DNA from: Polyangiaceae bacterium
GTDB taxonomy: Bacteria > Myxococcota_A > Polyangia > Polyangiales > Polyangiaceae
Direction: 5' to 3'
Length of the DNA stretch: 64,000 nucleotides
Assembly (NCBI GenBank): GCA_044376115.1
Contig: JBILLK010000003.1
Span: 160,001-224,000 of the forward strand
The translations under genes were made by a program, and so were the position numbers. The notes under the pieces were generated by a model that saw nothing but the letters and a program-made list of their open reading frames with translations, was not told where the DNA came from and did no database searches. Shown here one piece after another: positions 20,048 to 29,530 of this stretch. Each line of letters opens with the position of its first letter. Within the stretch, counting starts at the first letter, position 1.

Positions 20048-22063
20048 CTAGCCAACAACCATGCGCCCAGCGATGAAGACCCCTTGGAGAGTGCTCATTG
20101 CGACTTTCGGATCGAGCCCAAGCGACTGCAGTCGCTCGGTTTGCTCCACCGAAAAGCCAACCGATAGCGGTTCTCCCCTCTTCCGCGGTTTGGCAGCGGT
20201 TTCAGCAATCACATCGCCCATCATCACGATCTTGATGCGCTCCGAAACGTCGCGTGGAGAATCGTGGTGCGCCTCACAAGCTTCGATGACAGCTCCGGTG
20301 AGGCCCCACGCTCGAGCAACCTCCGCTCCAGCCCGTGCATGGTGTCTGGCGACTAGCGAAGCAACGTCGTCCTCATCTAGCTCGCATTCGAGCTCTCCAA
20401 GGACACGCAAGATGCGAGCTTCGCCTATGTCGTGCAACAACCCGCATAGGTATGCCTCCTCGAAGATGACCCCGACACTCCGGGATATCTCGGAGGTTGC
20501 AATGGCTGCCATTACGCTCTTGGCGAACACCGCGCTCACCTCTTGGTGGAAGCGCCCGCCTCCACCATGGGCACGCTCATAGACGACCTGCAATAGCAGG
20601 TCTCGCGCGGTTGCAAGGCCAAGTCGCACCAACGCTCCGTGTGTCGAAACCACTCTGCTACCCGCGCTATAGAGCGGCGAGTTTGCGAGTGAGAGGAAGC
20701 GAGCTGCAAGCGTCGGGTCACGATCAACGAGCCGTGCTATTCGCGGCATATCCGATTGGGGGTCTCGGGCTAGACGAAGCGCCTGAGCAGCAGCGTCTGG
20801 TAGGAGGGGAAGGCCGGCTCTTTTCGTCGACATTGCTTTGAGTAACGCCGACTCGATCTCCCCTGGGGCCGCCACTCCCTTGGCCTTTCGGGGCGTCGCG
20901 GCAACGATCGTTGGTGAAGTCGGGGTTGGTCGTGACGACTGAATGCTCGGTAGTAAGGGGCTGGGCATTGCGGGGACGGCAATGCTCTCTTGAGCCGCGG
21001 GAGTTTGTGAGCCGTTCCTCGACTCCATCGCTGGCATGCGGGAAAGAGGGGCGGGAAGCTCGAACACGTTCGATACCTCATCCGCTCCAAATGCGCGTTC
21101 GACCCGATTTCGGCCGCCACGCTTTGCCCGATAAAGTGCGCTGTCGGCTCTCTTGTAAAGCGCTTCTCGCGAAAGGTCTGGGTGCTCGGGATCAAATACG
21201 GCGTAGCCGACCGAGACTGTTAGTTTCTGCCCAAGACTCGGAATCTCCAATGTCTCAATGTTGCCGCGGTGCCGTTCAGCCACAGCTGCCGCTACTGGCT
21301 CGTCAGCTCCAGCAACGAGCACGACAAATTCTTCCCCTCCGTACCGTCCGCACCGATCGTTGCCGCGTGCTGCATTCTCGATCCGTTTTGAGACTTTGCG
21401 AAGAACGTCATCGCCAACGTCGTGTCCAAACCGGTCATTGATGGACTTAAAGTGGTCAACATCGATGAACAGGATGGAGAACTTCTTCTCCCCCGTCATC
21501 GCCTCACTGAGCAGGGAGTCGAAAGAACCGCGGTTGAGCAGCCCGGTTAGTGCATCAACTTTCGACGCGCGCTTGTAGTGGTCACGCTCATTCCTTACGC
21601 GCCGGAGGCGATCCCGAATGCGCTTGTTGCGCAGCTGGACGCGGACCCGCGCGATGAACTCGAGTGGTCGAGCCAGTGGTAGGCAGTAGTCGTCGGCGCC
21701 GGCCATCAGGCCTTGGCAGATCAGGTCATCCGAAACGGGCGCCATGTTCAGAATCACGATCGGCAGAAACCGGCCTGCCTCGGTCGCCCGAATATCACCA
21801 CACAGCTCCGTTGGAGCCCGGTCGCCAGTATCTGTGTCGAGTAGCACCAGATCCGCACCAAGGTCTCCAAGGACCGCGAATAGGCGCTCCGGCCCAGATA
21901 GCGGCACAACCTCCCAGCCTTGCTCCGCCAGCTCCCTCTTGAGCTCCATGGCTGGGCTACCTTCGCGCGCTACCAGCGCAACGCGTGGGGTGCGCTCGGT
22001 TTCCGGAGGGGAACTCGAGGTGACGCCGGGCACAGCCCTAGTTGAAAGGAGAGGTAGACCCAT
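20048..22063 (-). CDS. REC-GGDEF-HDOD diguanylate cyclase
   Basis: REC (DLVLLD, AGADDY); DALTGLLNR, DVDHFKSIND, RGND I-site, GGEEF; HDOD (DPTLAARFLSLANS, GLLHDIG). Confidence 0.92.
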   Translation of the reverse strand: MGLPLLSTRAVPGVTSSSPPETERTPRVALVAREGSPAMELKRELAEQGWEVVPLSGPERLFAVLGDLGADLVLLDTDTGDRAPTELCGDIRATEAGRFLPIVILNMAPVSDDLICQGLMAGADDYCLPLARPLEFIARVRVQLRNKRIRDRLRRVRNERDHYKRASKVDALTGLLNRGSFDSLLSEAMTGEKKFSILFIDVDHFKSINDRFGHDVGDDVLRKVSKRIENAARGNDRCGRYGGEEFVVLVAGADEPVAAAVAERHRGNIETLEIPSLGQKLTVSVGYAVFDPEHPDLSREALYKRADSALYRAKRGGRNRVERAFGADEVSNVFELPAPLSRMPAMESRNGSQTPAAQESIAVPAMPSPLLPSIQSSRPTPTSPTIVAATPRKAKGVAAPGEIESALLKAMSTKRAGLPLLPDAAAQALRLARDPQSDMPRIARLVDRDPTLAARFLSLANSPLYSAGSRVVSTHGALVRLGLATARDLLLQVVYERAHGGGGRFHQEVSAVFAKSVMAAIATSEISRSVGVIFEEAYLCGLLHDIGEARILRVLGELECELDEDDVASLVARHHARAGAEVARAWGLTGAVIEACEAHHDSPRDVSERIKIVMMGDVIAETAAKPRKRGEPLSVGFSVEQTERLQSLGLDPKVAMSTLQGVFIAGRMVVG

Positions 22064-22185
22064 CGAACGTGCTTCTATTCAGCGACGGACCAAACCGACG
22101 ATACTTGAGGCTCCAATGTGTGCTGCGGTATCCCCCAACAGGCGTACCAGTCGTTGCACCTGGATTGGTGTAGCTTCATTCCGCG

Positions 22186-24855
22186 ATGCACGACGATCCG
22201 GAACAAACGCGCCTTGCCGCTGACTCTGATAGGTCCTCCAATTGGAAGCGGTGGGGGCCCTACCTCGCAGAACGTCAGTGGGCCACTGTTCGAGAGGACT
22301 ACAGTGAGAGTGGGGACGTTTGGTCGTACTTTCCTCATGACCACGCCAGGAGTCGGGCCTACCGCTGGGGCGAGGACGGTCTCTTGGGTATCACCGACCG
22401 TCAGGGCCGCATGTGCTTCGCACTGGCCCTGTGGAACGAGAAAGACGCCATCCTCAAAGAGAGGCTCTTCGGGCTGACAAACGGGGAGGGAAACCACGGC
22501 GAGGACCCGAAGGAACTTTGGTACTACCTCGACGCAACGCCAACGTCTTCCTATCTAAAGGCGCTGTACAAGTATCCACAAGCGGCCTTCCCTTATGAGG
22601 AGTTAGTCGCCGAGAACCGAAAGCGCGGCCGCAATCAAGCAGAGTTTGAATTGCTCGATACTGGTCTACTCCAATCCGGTCGCTACTTTGATGTTTCTGT
22701 CGAGTACGCAAAATTTGATGCCGATGACATCGGAATACTCATAACGATAGAGAATCGCGGAAACGAGCCAGCTCCGCTTCATGTGCTACCTACGCTTTGG
22801 TTTCGCAATACGTGGAGTTGGGGAAGAACGAGTGAAGGATACTGGCCTAAGCCCTTGCTTTGTCTCGCTGAGGAGCATCAGGGCGTAGCAATTAACGCGG
22901 AACATGCCTCACTCGGCAGGTTCACGCTTCTGGCCGCGGGCTCAAGCAAGGATCGCGTCTACTTTACTGAGAACGAGACAAACAACGAGAGGCTTTTCGG
23001 CGTTCCAAATGCGTCACCCTACGTGAAAGATGCGTTTCACGAACGAGTTGTTGGCAAAAAGCTGAATGCCACAAACCCCGAACAGAATGGCACCAAGGCA
23101 GCCATTCACTACGCAACGACCATCCCCGCTGGGGGGACGTGGAAGCTCTATCTGCGGTTGTCGGCAGATACCGGTATTGCCCATGCTGACTCGGACGATG
23201 AGCTCATCCGAGCTGTTGAGGGGATTCTAAAGCAGCGTCGCGCCGAGTGTGAGCTGTTCCACGAGCGCAGGATGCCGCTTACGGCGAGTGCTGATGAACG
23301 ACGCGTCATTCGACAGGCCCGCGCGGGGTTGCTCTTTTCCCGCCAATTCTATTGGTACGTTGTAAGCCATTGGCTTGAGGGCGACCCGGCACAACCGCAA
23401 CCACCAAAGCGAACGCGTAATCGCGATTGGAAGCATCTTTACAATCGCGACGTCATTAGTATGCCGGATAAGTGGGAGTATCCCTGGTATGCGTCTTGGG
23501 ATCTTGCCTTTCACATGATTCCGATGGCTGAGATTGACCCGGAGTTCGCCAAAGACCAGCTCATCCTCTTCTTGCGCGAATGGTATATGCAGCCCAATGG
23601 GCAGATACCGGCATACGAGTTCAACTTCTCAGACGTAAATCCCCCTGTATTTGCTTGGGCGGCGTGGCGAGTTTTCAAGATGACCGCGCCGCGTGGGCAC
23701 CGCGATAGGATCTTTCTGGCACGGATCTTCGCCAAGCTGATGATCAATTTTACTTGGTGGGTAAACCGGAAGGATGACGACGATGACAACCTCTTCTCCG
23801 GCGGGTTCCTTGGGCTAGATAATATAGGTGTATTTGACCGTTCTAGGCCCCTGCCAACTGGGGGTCGTTTGGCCCAAGCGGATGGGACCGCGTGGATGGG
23901 GTTCTACGCGGCGCATATGCTCTCGATCGCCTTTGAGCTTGCAGACGTGGTCGCGGTGGAAGATCTCGCATCAAAGTTTTTTGAGCACTTCATCGGCATC
24001 GCCGATGCAATCAACAGCTTTGGTGGCACGGGACTCTGGGATGAGCAGGATGGTTTTTACTATGACCAGATAGAGTTGGGCGGGCGTCGTATGCCATTGC
24101 GCGTTCGCTCCATGGTCGGCCTGATACCGCTGTTTACTGCAGAGGTCCTCGAAGAGTCTGTTCTTGAGCGCTTTCCCGGTTTCCGCAAGCGGATGGAGTG
24201 GCTACTCGAAAATCGTAGTGAGCTGGCCAAGAACATCACTTACATGGAGACGCCTGCTCATGCGAACGGCGGACATCGTCTACTGGCTATACCAACCAAG
24301 GAGCGTTTGGTCCGCGCCCTTGGTTACGTGCTGGACGAATCCGAGTTCTTGTCGCCCTTTGGTATCCGCTCGCTTTCGCTGGTCCACCACGAGAAGCCAT
24401 ACGTCTTTCGTGTCGGTAACGAAGAATATCGAGTGGACTACGCTCCAGGCGACGCCGACACGGGGATGTTTGGCGGGAACTCCAACTGGCGTGGTCCGGT
24501 TTGGATGCCCCTCAACTACCTTCTGATAGAAGCGCTGGAGCGCTACGACTTCTTTTACGGGGAGACCTTGAAGGTTGAGTGTCCAACTGGCTCGGGGAAC
24601 TGGATGCGCCTACGCGACGTGGCCCACGAGATATCGCGAAGGCTGTCGCTTCTCTTTGTCCCCAATGAGGAAGGTGTAATCCCCGCTTGGGGCCCACATG
24701 GCACCTTCCTCGCAAAGAACGACCACTTCAATAAATTGGTCCCCTTTCATGAGTTCTTCCACGCCGAGCGCGGTTGGGGCTGCGGCGCGGAGCATCAAAC
24801 AGGGTGGACTGCGCTAATAATCAATTGCATCCGAAAGTGCCATAGCGGCAAGTAG
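22186..24855 (+). CDS. MGH1-like glycoside hydrolase (GH63-related glucosidase)
   Basis: WGPYLAERQWATVREDYS, SMPDKWEYPWYASWD, GGFLGLDNIG, FGGNSNWRGPVW, HQTGWT. Confidence 0.9.
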   Translation: MHDDPEQTRLAADSDRSSNWKRWGPYLAERQWATVREDYSESGDVWSYFPHDHARSRAYRWGEDGLLGITDRQGRMCFALALWNEKDAILKERLFGLTNGEGNHGEDPKELWYYLDATPTSSYLKALYKYPQAAFPYEELVAENRKRGRNQAEFELLDTGLLQSGRYFDVSVEYAKFDADDIGILITIENRGNEPAPLHVLPTLWFRNTWSWGRTSEGYWPKPLLCLAEEHQGVAINAEHASLGRFTLLAAGSSKDRVYFTENETNNERLFGVPNASPYVKDAFHERVVGKKLNATNPEQNGTKAAIHYATTIPAGGTWKLYLRLSADTGIAHADSDDELIRAVEGILKQRRAECELFHERRMPLTASADERRVIRQARAGLLFSRQFYWYVVSHWLEGDPAQPQPPKRTRNRDWKHLYNRDVISMPDKWEYPWYASWDLAFHMIPMAEIDPEFAKDQLILFLREWYMQPNGQIPAYEFNFSDVNPPVFAWAAWRVFKMTAPRGHRDRIFLARIFAKLMINFTWWVNRKDDDDDNLFSGGFLGLDNIGVFDRSRPLPTGGRLAQADGTAWMGFYAAHMLSIAFELADVVAVEDLASKFFEHFIGIADAINSFGGTGLWDEQDGFYYDQIELGGRRMPLRVRSMVGLIPLFTAEVLEESVLERFPGFRKRMEWLLENRSELAKNITYMETPAHANGGHRLLAIPTKERLVRALGYVLDESEFLSPFGIRSLSLVHHEKPYVFRVGNEEYRVDYAPGDADTGMFGGNSNWRGPVWMPLNYLLIEALERYDFFYGETLKVECPTGSGNWMRLRDVAHEISRRLSLLFVPNEEGVIPAWGPHGTFLAKNDHFNKLVPFHEFFHAERGWGCGAEHQTGWTALIINCIRKCHSGK

Positions 24856-24856
24856 G

Positions 24857-25993
24857 TCAAAGCGCCTTCTTGTAGACCCGGTACTTCTTGTAGACCTTCG
24901 CTCCCATCGACTTGATGCCGAGATTGATGGGAGCATCGTCCTCACGAGTCCAGCTGCATTCGCTCCATTCATAGCCTTTGGCTGCACCGCGCTTTGCAAC
25001 TTCGCAATACATTGCGGAGGCTAGGCCACCATATCGCTTGATGTTCTTTCGCGCCTCACCGCGAATGCCTAGCAAAATAAGGCGGGTGGAGACTGGGTGC
25101 TTGACCTTTGCGCGATAGAGCAGCTTGGCCCAGTTGAATGGGAAGAGTTTGCCCTTGAGGTCTTTAATCACCTCATTGAGGTTCGGCACCATGATGCACA
25201 TGCCTGCTGCCACGCCGTCGATCTCGGCCATGAAAGCAATGTCCGGATCGATGACGAGCTTCATCTCCTCAACCATCTTGTCCACTTCAGGACGAGTAGC
25301 CGGGACGAAGCCCCACTTTCCCGCCCAGGCGTCATTGTAGATCTCGACGATGGTGCGAATATCCGAGTCGAAGTTCTTCATGCTCACGGAGCGCAACCGC
25401 ACTTCAGGGAGGTTCTTCACGGTCTCCCAGGCTCGGAGAGTGCGCTCATTGAAGGGAGTGTCTCGATGGTAGTACCAACACCAAAGGTCCTTCTCCTTGG
25501 TGTATCCGCAGGCCTCGGCCAGGCTGCCCTGATACTTACGAGAATGCGCCATCATGAGAACGGGCGGGTGTTCAAACCCCTCGACGAGGAGCCCGATTTC
25601 ATCATTGGCGTAAAGGGAGAGCGGCCCCATCGAGTACTTCATCCCTTTGCTTGCCAGCCATGTCTCCGCGGCCTTTAGAAGGGCTTGAGCGACCTCGGTG
25701 TCGTCGATGGTGTCAAAGAAGCCGAAGAAGCCTGTGTCGTCCTTCCACAGCCGAAGGTGCTCTCGATCGACGGTTGCCGAAGTGCGGCCGACGAGCTTGC
25801 CATCTTTCCAGGCCGTGAAGAGGGCGACCTCTCCCCGTTGGAAGAAAGGATTCTTCTTCGGAGACAGTCGGCCTTTGATGTCGAAGTCGAGCGGTGGAAC
25901 CCAACTCGCGTCTCCTTCAAAGACTACATGTGCCGCCTGAATGAAATCTTTGAGGTCCACGCCCGGCGTATGCGAGCGAATCTCGATAGGCAT
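24857..25993 (-). CDS. YghO-like GNAT acyltransferase (bacterial ceramide synthase-like)
   Basis: W.PPL, NPFF, FFGFFD, GP...NDEIGLLVEGF..PP, WGFVP, PNLNE, E.SW..EDD..IN, YK.YR.Y. Confidence 0.75.
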   Translation of the reverse strand: MPIEIRSHTPGVDLKDFIQAAHVVFEGDASWVPPLDFDIKGRLSPKKNPFFQRGEVALFTAWKDGKLVGRTSATVDREHLRLWKDDTGFFGFFDTIDDTEVAQALLKAAETWLASKGMKYSMGPLSLYANDEIGLLVEGFEHPPVLMMAHSRKYQGSLAEACGYTKEKDLWCWYYHRDTPFNERTLRAWETVKNLPEVRLRSVSMKNFDSDIRTIVEIYNDAWAGKWGFVPATRPEVDKMVEEMKLVIDPDIAFMAEIDGVAAGMCIMVPNLNEVIKDLKGKLFPFNWAKLLYRAKVKHPVSTRLILLGIRGEARKNIKRYGGLASAMYCEVAKRGAAKGYEWSECSWTREDDAPINLGIKSMGAKVYKKYRVYKKAL

Positions 25994-26029
25994 GCGGCCT
26001 TTTACTCCGATAGGTAGCGCTTCGCGAGT

Positions 26030-27892
26030 TCATTGCGCCAGGCGCAGGATTGCGTCGAAAACGTTGCGCATCGTCCAGGCTGCGTCGGTCGGGCCCTGCG
26101 TTGATGACTCGGCGAGCGCCCTCTCGAGCATGCGCATCGTTCCGGCGAGGCTTGGATCCCCCTTGTTTTCGTCAAGGAGCTTGGCGGCCGTTTCTTGATA
26201 GATTCGAGCACACAGGGCGTGCTGGTCCTGATTGAACGCCGGTGCGCCAACTTGGATCGCCGCCACGATTTTGCGCTGGATCTCGGGAGTGCTGTGTCGC
26301 GGTGTGGTGCTCAGAAGCGGGGCCGCAAAGCGTGGTGGGACCGCCAGCGTTGCGCCGGTAGCCGTGATGGCTCCCATACTCAAGATGTCGAGGAAGGGTT
26401 CGAGTAGCGCGATGGCCTCCCTTCCTGCGCCGCGTTGGATTGCGGTGCTGGTGCTCTGTTCGAGCGAGCGCGCTAGCTCCAGGTGTCGACCTTCAACGAC
26501 CAATCGCTTGGAGAGCTCCCCCGCAAAGGCCAGCAGGTAGTCCCCCCAACATTCTGCGTGAGCAGGACCGCGGCGCGGTTCAGCCACGGCGAGGAAGGTC
26601 ACCGTTGCGTCATAAGCCAGCTCGCCGCGAAGCACGACCTGACCCGACTGCAGCAGGTCATCGAACGCGTACCGAAGGTCCCAGGCTGCCTCCGTGGTGG
26701 TGGCGCGCTTCGAGGCCCTCGTCAACGCCGCTCGAAGCCTTGCGCTCACAGCGATCGGGGGCGCAGACGTAATGACCGATTCTGCCGTCTGGCGGTAGAG
26801 CTCGAAGCAGCCCTTTTGATCGCCAGCGTTATAGCGCGGGGCGCCGGCTAGAATGGCCTCTCGAAACCGCAGGGCTATCGCTGGGTCCAGGACAGGGGTG
26901 GGGCCAACCTGGGAGCCACGCGCGGCGCTGGGCGGCACAGGCGCATCCTTCGTCACTGCGGACAATGCGGTAATAACTTCGCGCGCAGTACTTAGACGGT
27001 GTTGCGGATTCTTTGCGAGCAGACGGTGCACTACGTCATTGAGCGCGGCGAGAAGACCGGCGCCGCCGAGCGAGGGGAGTGCCGAGTCATCGGTTTGAAC
27101 CAGGGGAGGGACTTCGTGGAGATGCTGCCGAGTCAGTTCCGGTATGGTCGTGGCTTGGAATGGTGGATGACCCGTTAACATCTCGAACAGGACCACGCCG
27201 AGCGAATACAAGTCAGAACGTCCATCGAGGTCCCCACCGGTTAGCTGCTCAGGGGACATGTAGAGCGGGGTTCCAACCGTTACTCCGAAGCTGGTGAGTC
27301 GTTCTCCATCGCGAAGCCTCGCGACCCCAAAATCGAGAATCTTGGCAACGTCAGCTTCATCATCCTCTTGAACCAATACGACGTTCTCGGGCTTGAGGTC
27401 TCGGTGCACAACTCCTCGTTCATGGGCATGCGCCAGCGCCCGACAAATTTGCTGGGCAATTCGAATTGCGCGGACGGGCTCAAGTTTGCGATGCCGCGTA
27501 ATGACATCGAAAAGTGACGACCCCTCTAGGTACTCCATTACAAGATAAGGAAGCGAACCAGCCTCCTCTGCGAAGTCGATCACCCGAACGATGTTGCGAC
27601 TCGATAGGCAGCTCGCTACCTCGGCCTCGCGAACAAATCGTGCTTGCATCTGCGGGTCGTAGGCGAAGTCTCCCCATACGACCTTGACCGCAAAAACGCA
27701 GGAGATCCTAGTGTGTGCGGCCCGATACACCTGGCCCATTCCACCGGCGCCGATGCGCTCCAGGATCCTGTAGCGCGAGCCTAGCACTCGGCCTACGAGC
27801 GGGTCGGATACTGCTGCTGTAAGAGGCACGTTGTCACGCGGGCAAACCCTCGCAAAACGAAACGCCGCACCGCACTGCTCGCAGTACTTCAC
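26030..27892 (-). CDS. Cytoplasmic Ser/Thr kinase with N-terminal Cys motif and duplicated C-terminal helical domain
   Basis: CEQC..CPRD; GAGGMGQVY, HRDLKPEN, DFG, GTPLYMSPE; two AI..GAP..N..D...C..Y...AAW..R..FD repeats. Confidence 0.9.
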   Translation of the reverse strand: MKYCEQCGAAFRFARVCPRDNVPLTAAVSDPLVGRVLGSRYRILERIGAGGMGQVYRAAHTRISCVFAVKVVWGDFAYDPQMQARFVREAEVASCLSSRNIVRVIDFAEEAGSLPYLVMEYLEGSSLFDVITRHRKLEPVRAIRIAQQICRALAHAHERGVVHRDLKPENVVLVQEDDEADVAKILDFGVARLRDGERLTSFGVTVGTPLYMSPEQLTGGDLDGRSDLYSLGVVLFEMLTGHPPFQATTIPELTRQHLHEVPPLVQTDDSALPSLGGAGLLAALNDVVHRLLAKNPQHRLSTAREVITALSAVTKDAPVPPSAARGSQVGPTPVLDPAIALRFREAILAGAPRYNAGDQKGCFELYRQTAESVITSAPPIAVSARLRAALTRASKRATTTEAAWDLRYAFDDLLQSGQVVLRGELAYDATVTFLAVAEPRRGPAHAECWGDYLLAFAGELSKRLVVEGRHLELARSLEQSTSTAIQRGAGREAIALLEPFLDILSMGAITATGATLAVPPRFAAPLLSTTPRHSTPEIQRKIVAAIQVGAPAFNQDQHALCARIYQETAAKLLDENKGDPSLAGTMRMLERALAESSTQGPTDAAWTMRNVFDAILRLAQ

Positions 27893-27934
27893 GCTCCTAT
27901 CGTACGCGTCGACACCGCCCCTGCGGGGTCCTGA

Positions 27935-29530
27935 TCAACGCTTTATTTTCTTGTAGAGATGCTTCGAGAGATCGGCCTTGGGTGCTGGGGGGGGTGGTGT
28001 GACTCTCGAGGGAACCGGCGCTGCGGGATCCTCCCGCCAGAGCGGCTTAGCCTTTGAGGGAGGCTGTTTTGGCAGTTCGGGCGGTTCAGGACGGCTCAGC
28101 TCAGGGATGGGTTGCTCCCGTTTCGGCAGGGCCTCGGGCATCGGCTCGATGATTGTTGGCTTGGCTGGGCCATCCGGCAGGTTGACCGTGGCGCCGAGCG
28201 GGTCCGCGGGTTCAATGAACTCGGGTGGGGGTGCTGAGGTGGCTGTTGGCCGTGCCCAAGGAGAGCCGGGAGGGGCCTCGACAGACCGTGTGGGCCGCGC
28301 TCGAGTCCTCGCAGCAAACGGCATGGATGGTGGTGCCGCTTCGAGTTCTACAACTACGGTGGAGGAGAACTTCTGCTCTTGGGCAAGTACGGCCGTAGGG
28401 GGAGGCTCCGAGTGTGGTTTGAAATCCGCGAGCGAACCGTATTCACCAGCAGCCCCTTTGGGCTCGAGGATCTCGGTACCCTGCAACGTCCGAGGCCGAT
28501 TGTGGGCATTGTCGTCGACACCGCCGGTCGGATCCAAGCGGTCTGGAAACACGAAAGGAACCCCCAGTGGGTGAATGGTGCCAGTCAAAATGGATTGGTC
28601 CCAATCACGGCGATCAAAAGGGGTATTGGTGCGGAACAAGAATTCGCAGCTCTGCGATGCAGTGGAGATGAAAACTGTATCGAGGCGAAGGCTGAGGAGA
28701 CGGCGCTCCCCGCGTGGGAGCATCAACATGGCGGCCGCTTGGTAGTACGGCACCTCCAAGCGCATTGTTTCGAACTCCGGGTTCATTCCGTGGAGCAGCA
28801 CGATGTCTCCCCCCCAAAGGTCTCCTGTCCGTTGATCTGGTGGACCCGCTTGAAAAAAGCTCTGGTCAAAGCCTTGTGGGAGTTCAGTCCAAGATAGCCC
28901 GTGAGCATCACCGTGGCTCAAGGCACCTCTGCGTGCGCGCCGGAGCGGCCAGACGCTCGCTATTGGGCCAAACCCCGCTGGATACTCGGTCCACTTTCCG
29001 TCAGCCGGTGCGAAGTTGGGAAACTTCACCATGCGATCGGCTCCGACCTCCTCACCCACTCCAACTGGATTGCTTCGATTGGTCATTCCGCCAAAGCTGC
29101 GCTCATAAACGATAGGCAGCTGATTGAATGGTGTCGGCTCAGGTTGGGTCCCTGGGGCTCCCCGGCGATCACCTGTGACCTTCAATGACTTTGACAGGAT
29201 GAGTTGGCCGGCGCGCAGCAGCTCCAACCCGACAGTCATCTCGGTCACCAGCCGATTGCCGGGTGCATGCGCTATCCCAGTAACCAGAATCTCGGCACTT
29301 GGGACAAACAGAGCAATATCGCTCGCGTGTTCGACACTACCCAGCGGGTTGTCCCGCACGGTGCGTTCCTCATTGACGATGAACGGCTCACTTCGCAGCG
29401 TCACTTCGCCCGTCTCAGGATCGAAAACACCTGCTGCCTTCACAATCACGGTGAGGTGCCCACGCCCACCGAAGGTGAAGCCGCGCGCACAGACCGACGC
29501 TGCGCCAAGTGCTTGGGTACGAAGCGTCAT
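27935..29530 (-). CDS. DUF2169 T6SS adaptor/chaperone with Pro-rich C-terminal extension
   Basis: LTVIVKA, SDIA.F.P, V.GDR, PIVYERSFGG..N..NPVGVG, PAGFGPI...WP.R, FFQAGP.DQ, LDTVFI. Confidence 0.88.
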   Translation of the reverse strand: MTLRTQALGAASVCARGFTFGGRGHLTVIVKAAGVFDPETGEVTLRSEPFIVNEERTVRDNPLGSVEHASDIALFVPSAEILVTGIAHAPGNRLVTEMTVGLELLRAGQLILSKSLKVTGDRRGAPGTQPEPTPFNQLPIVYERSFGGMTNRSNPVGVGEEVGADRMVKFPNFAPADGKWTEYPAGFGPIASVWPLRRARRGALSHGDAHGLSWTELPQGFDQSFFQAGPPDQRTGDLWGGDIVLLHGMNPEFETMRLEVPYYQAAAMLMLPRGERRLLSLRLDTVFISTASQSCEFLFRTNTPFDRRDWDQSILTGTIHPLGVPFVFPDRLDPTGGVDDNAHNRPRTLQGTEILEPKGAAGEYGSLADFKPHSEPPPTAVLAQEQKFSSTVVVELEAAPPSMPFAARTRARPTRSVEAPPGSPWARPTATSAPPPEFIEPADPLGATVNLPDGPAKPTIIEPMPEALPKREQPIPELSRPEPPELPKQPPSKAKPLWREDPAAPVPSRVTPPPPAPKADLSKHLYKKIKR

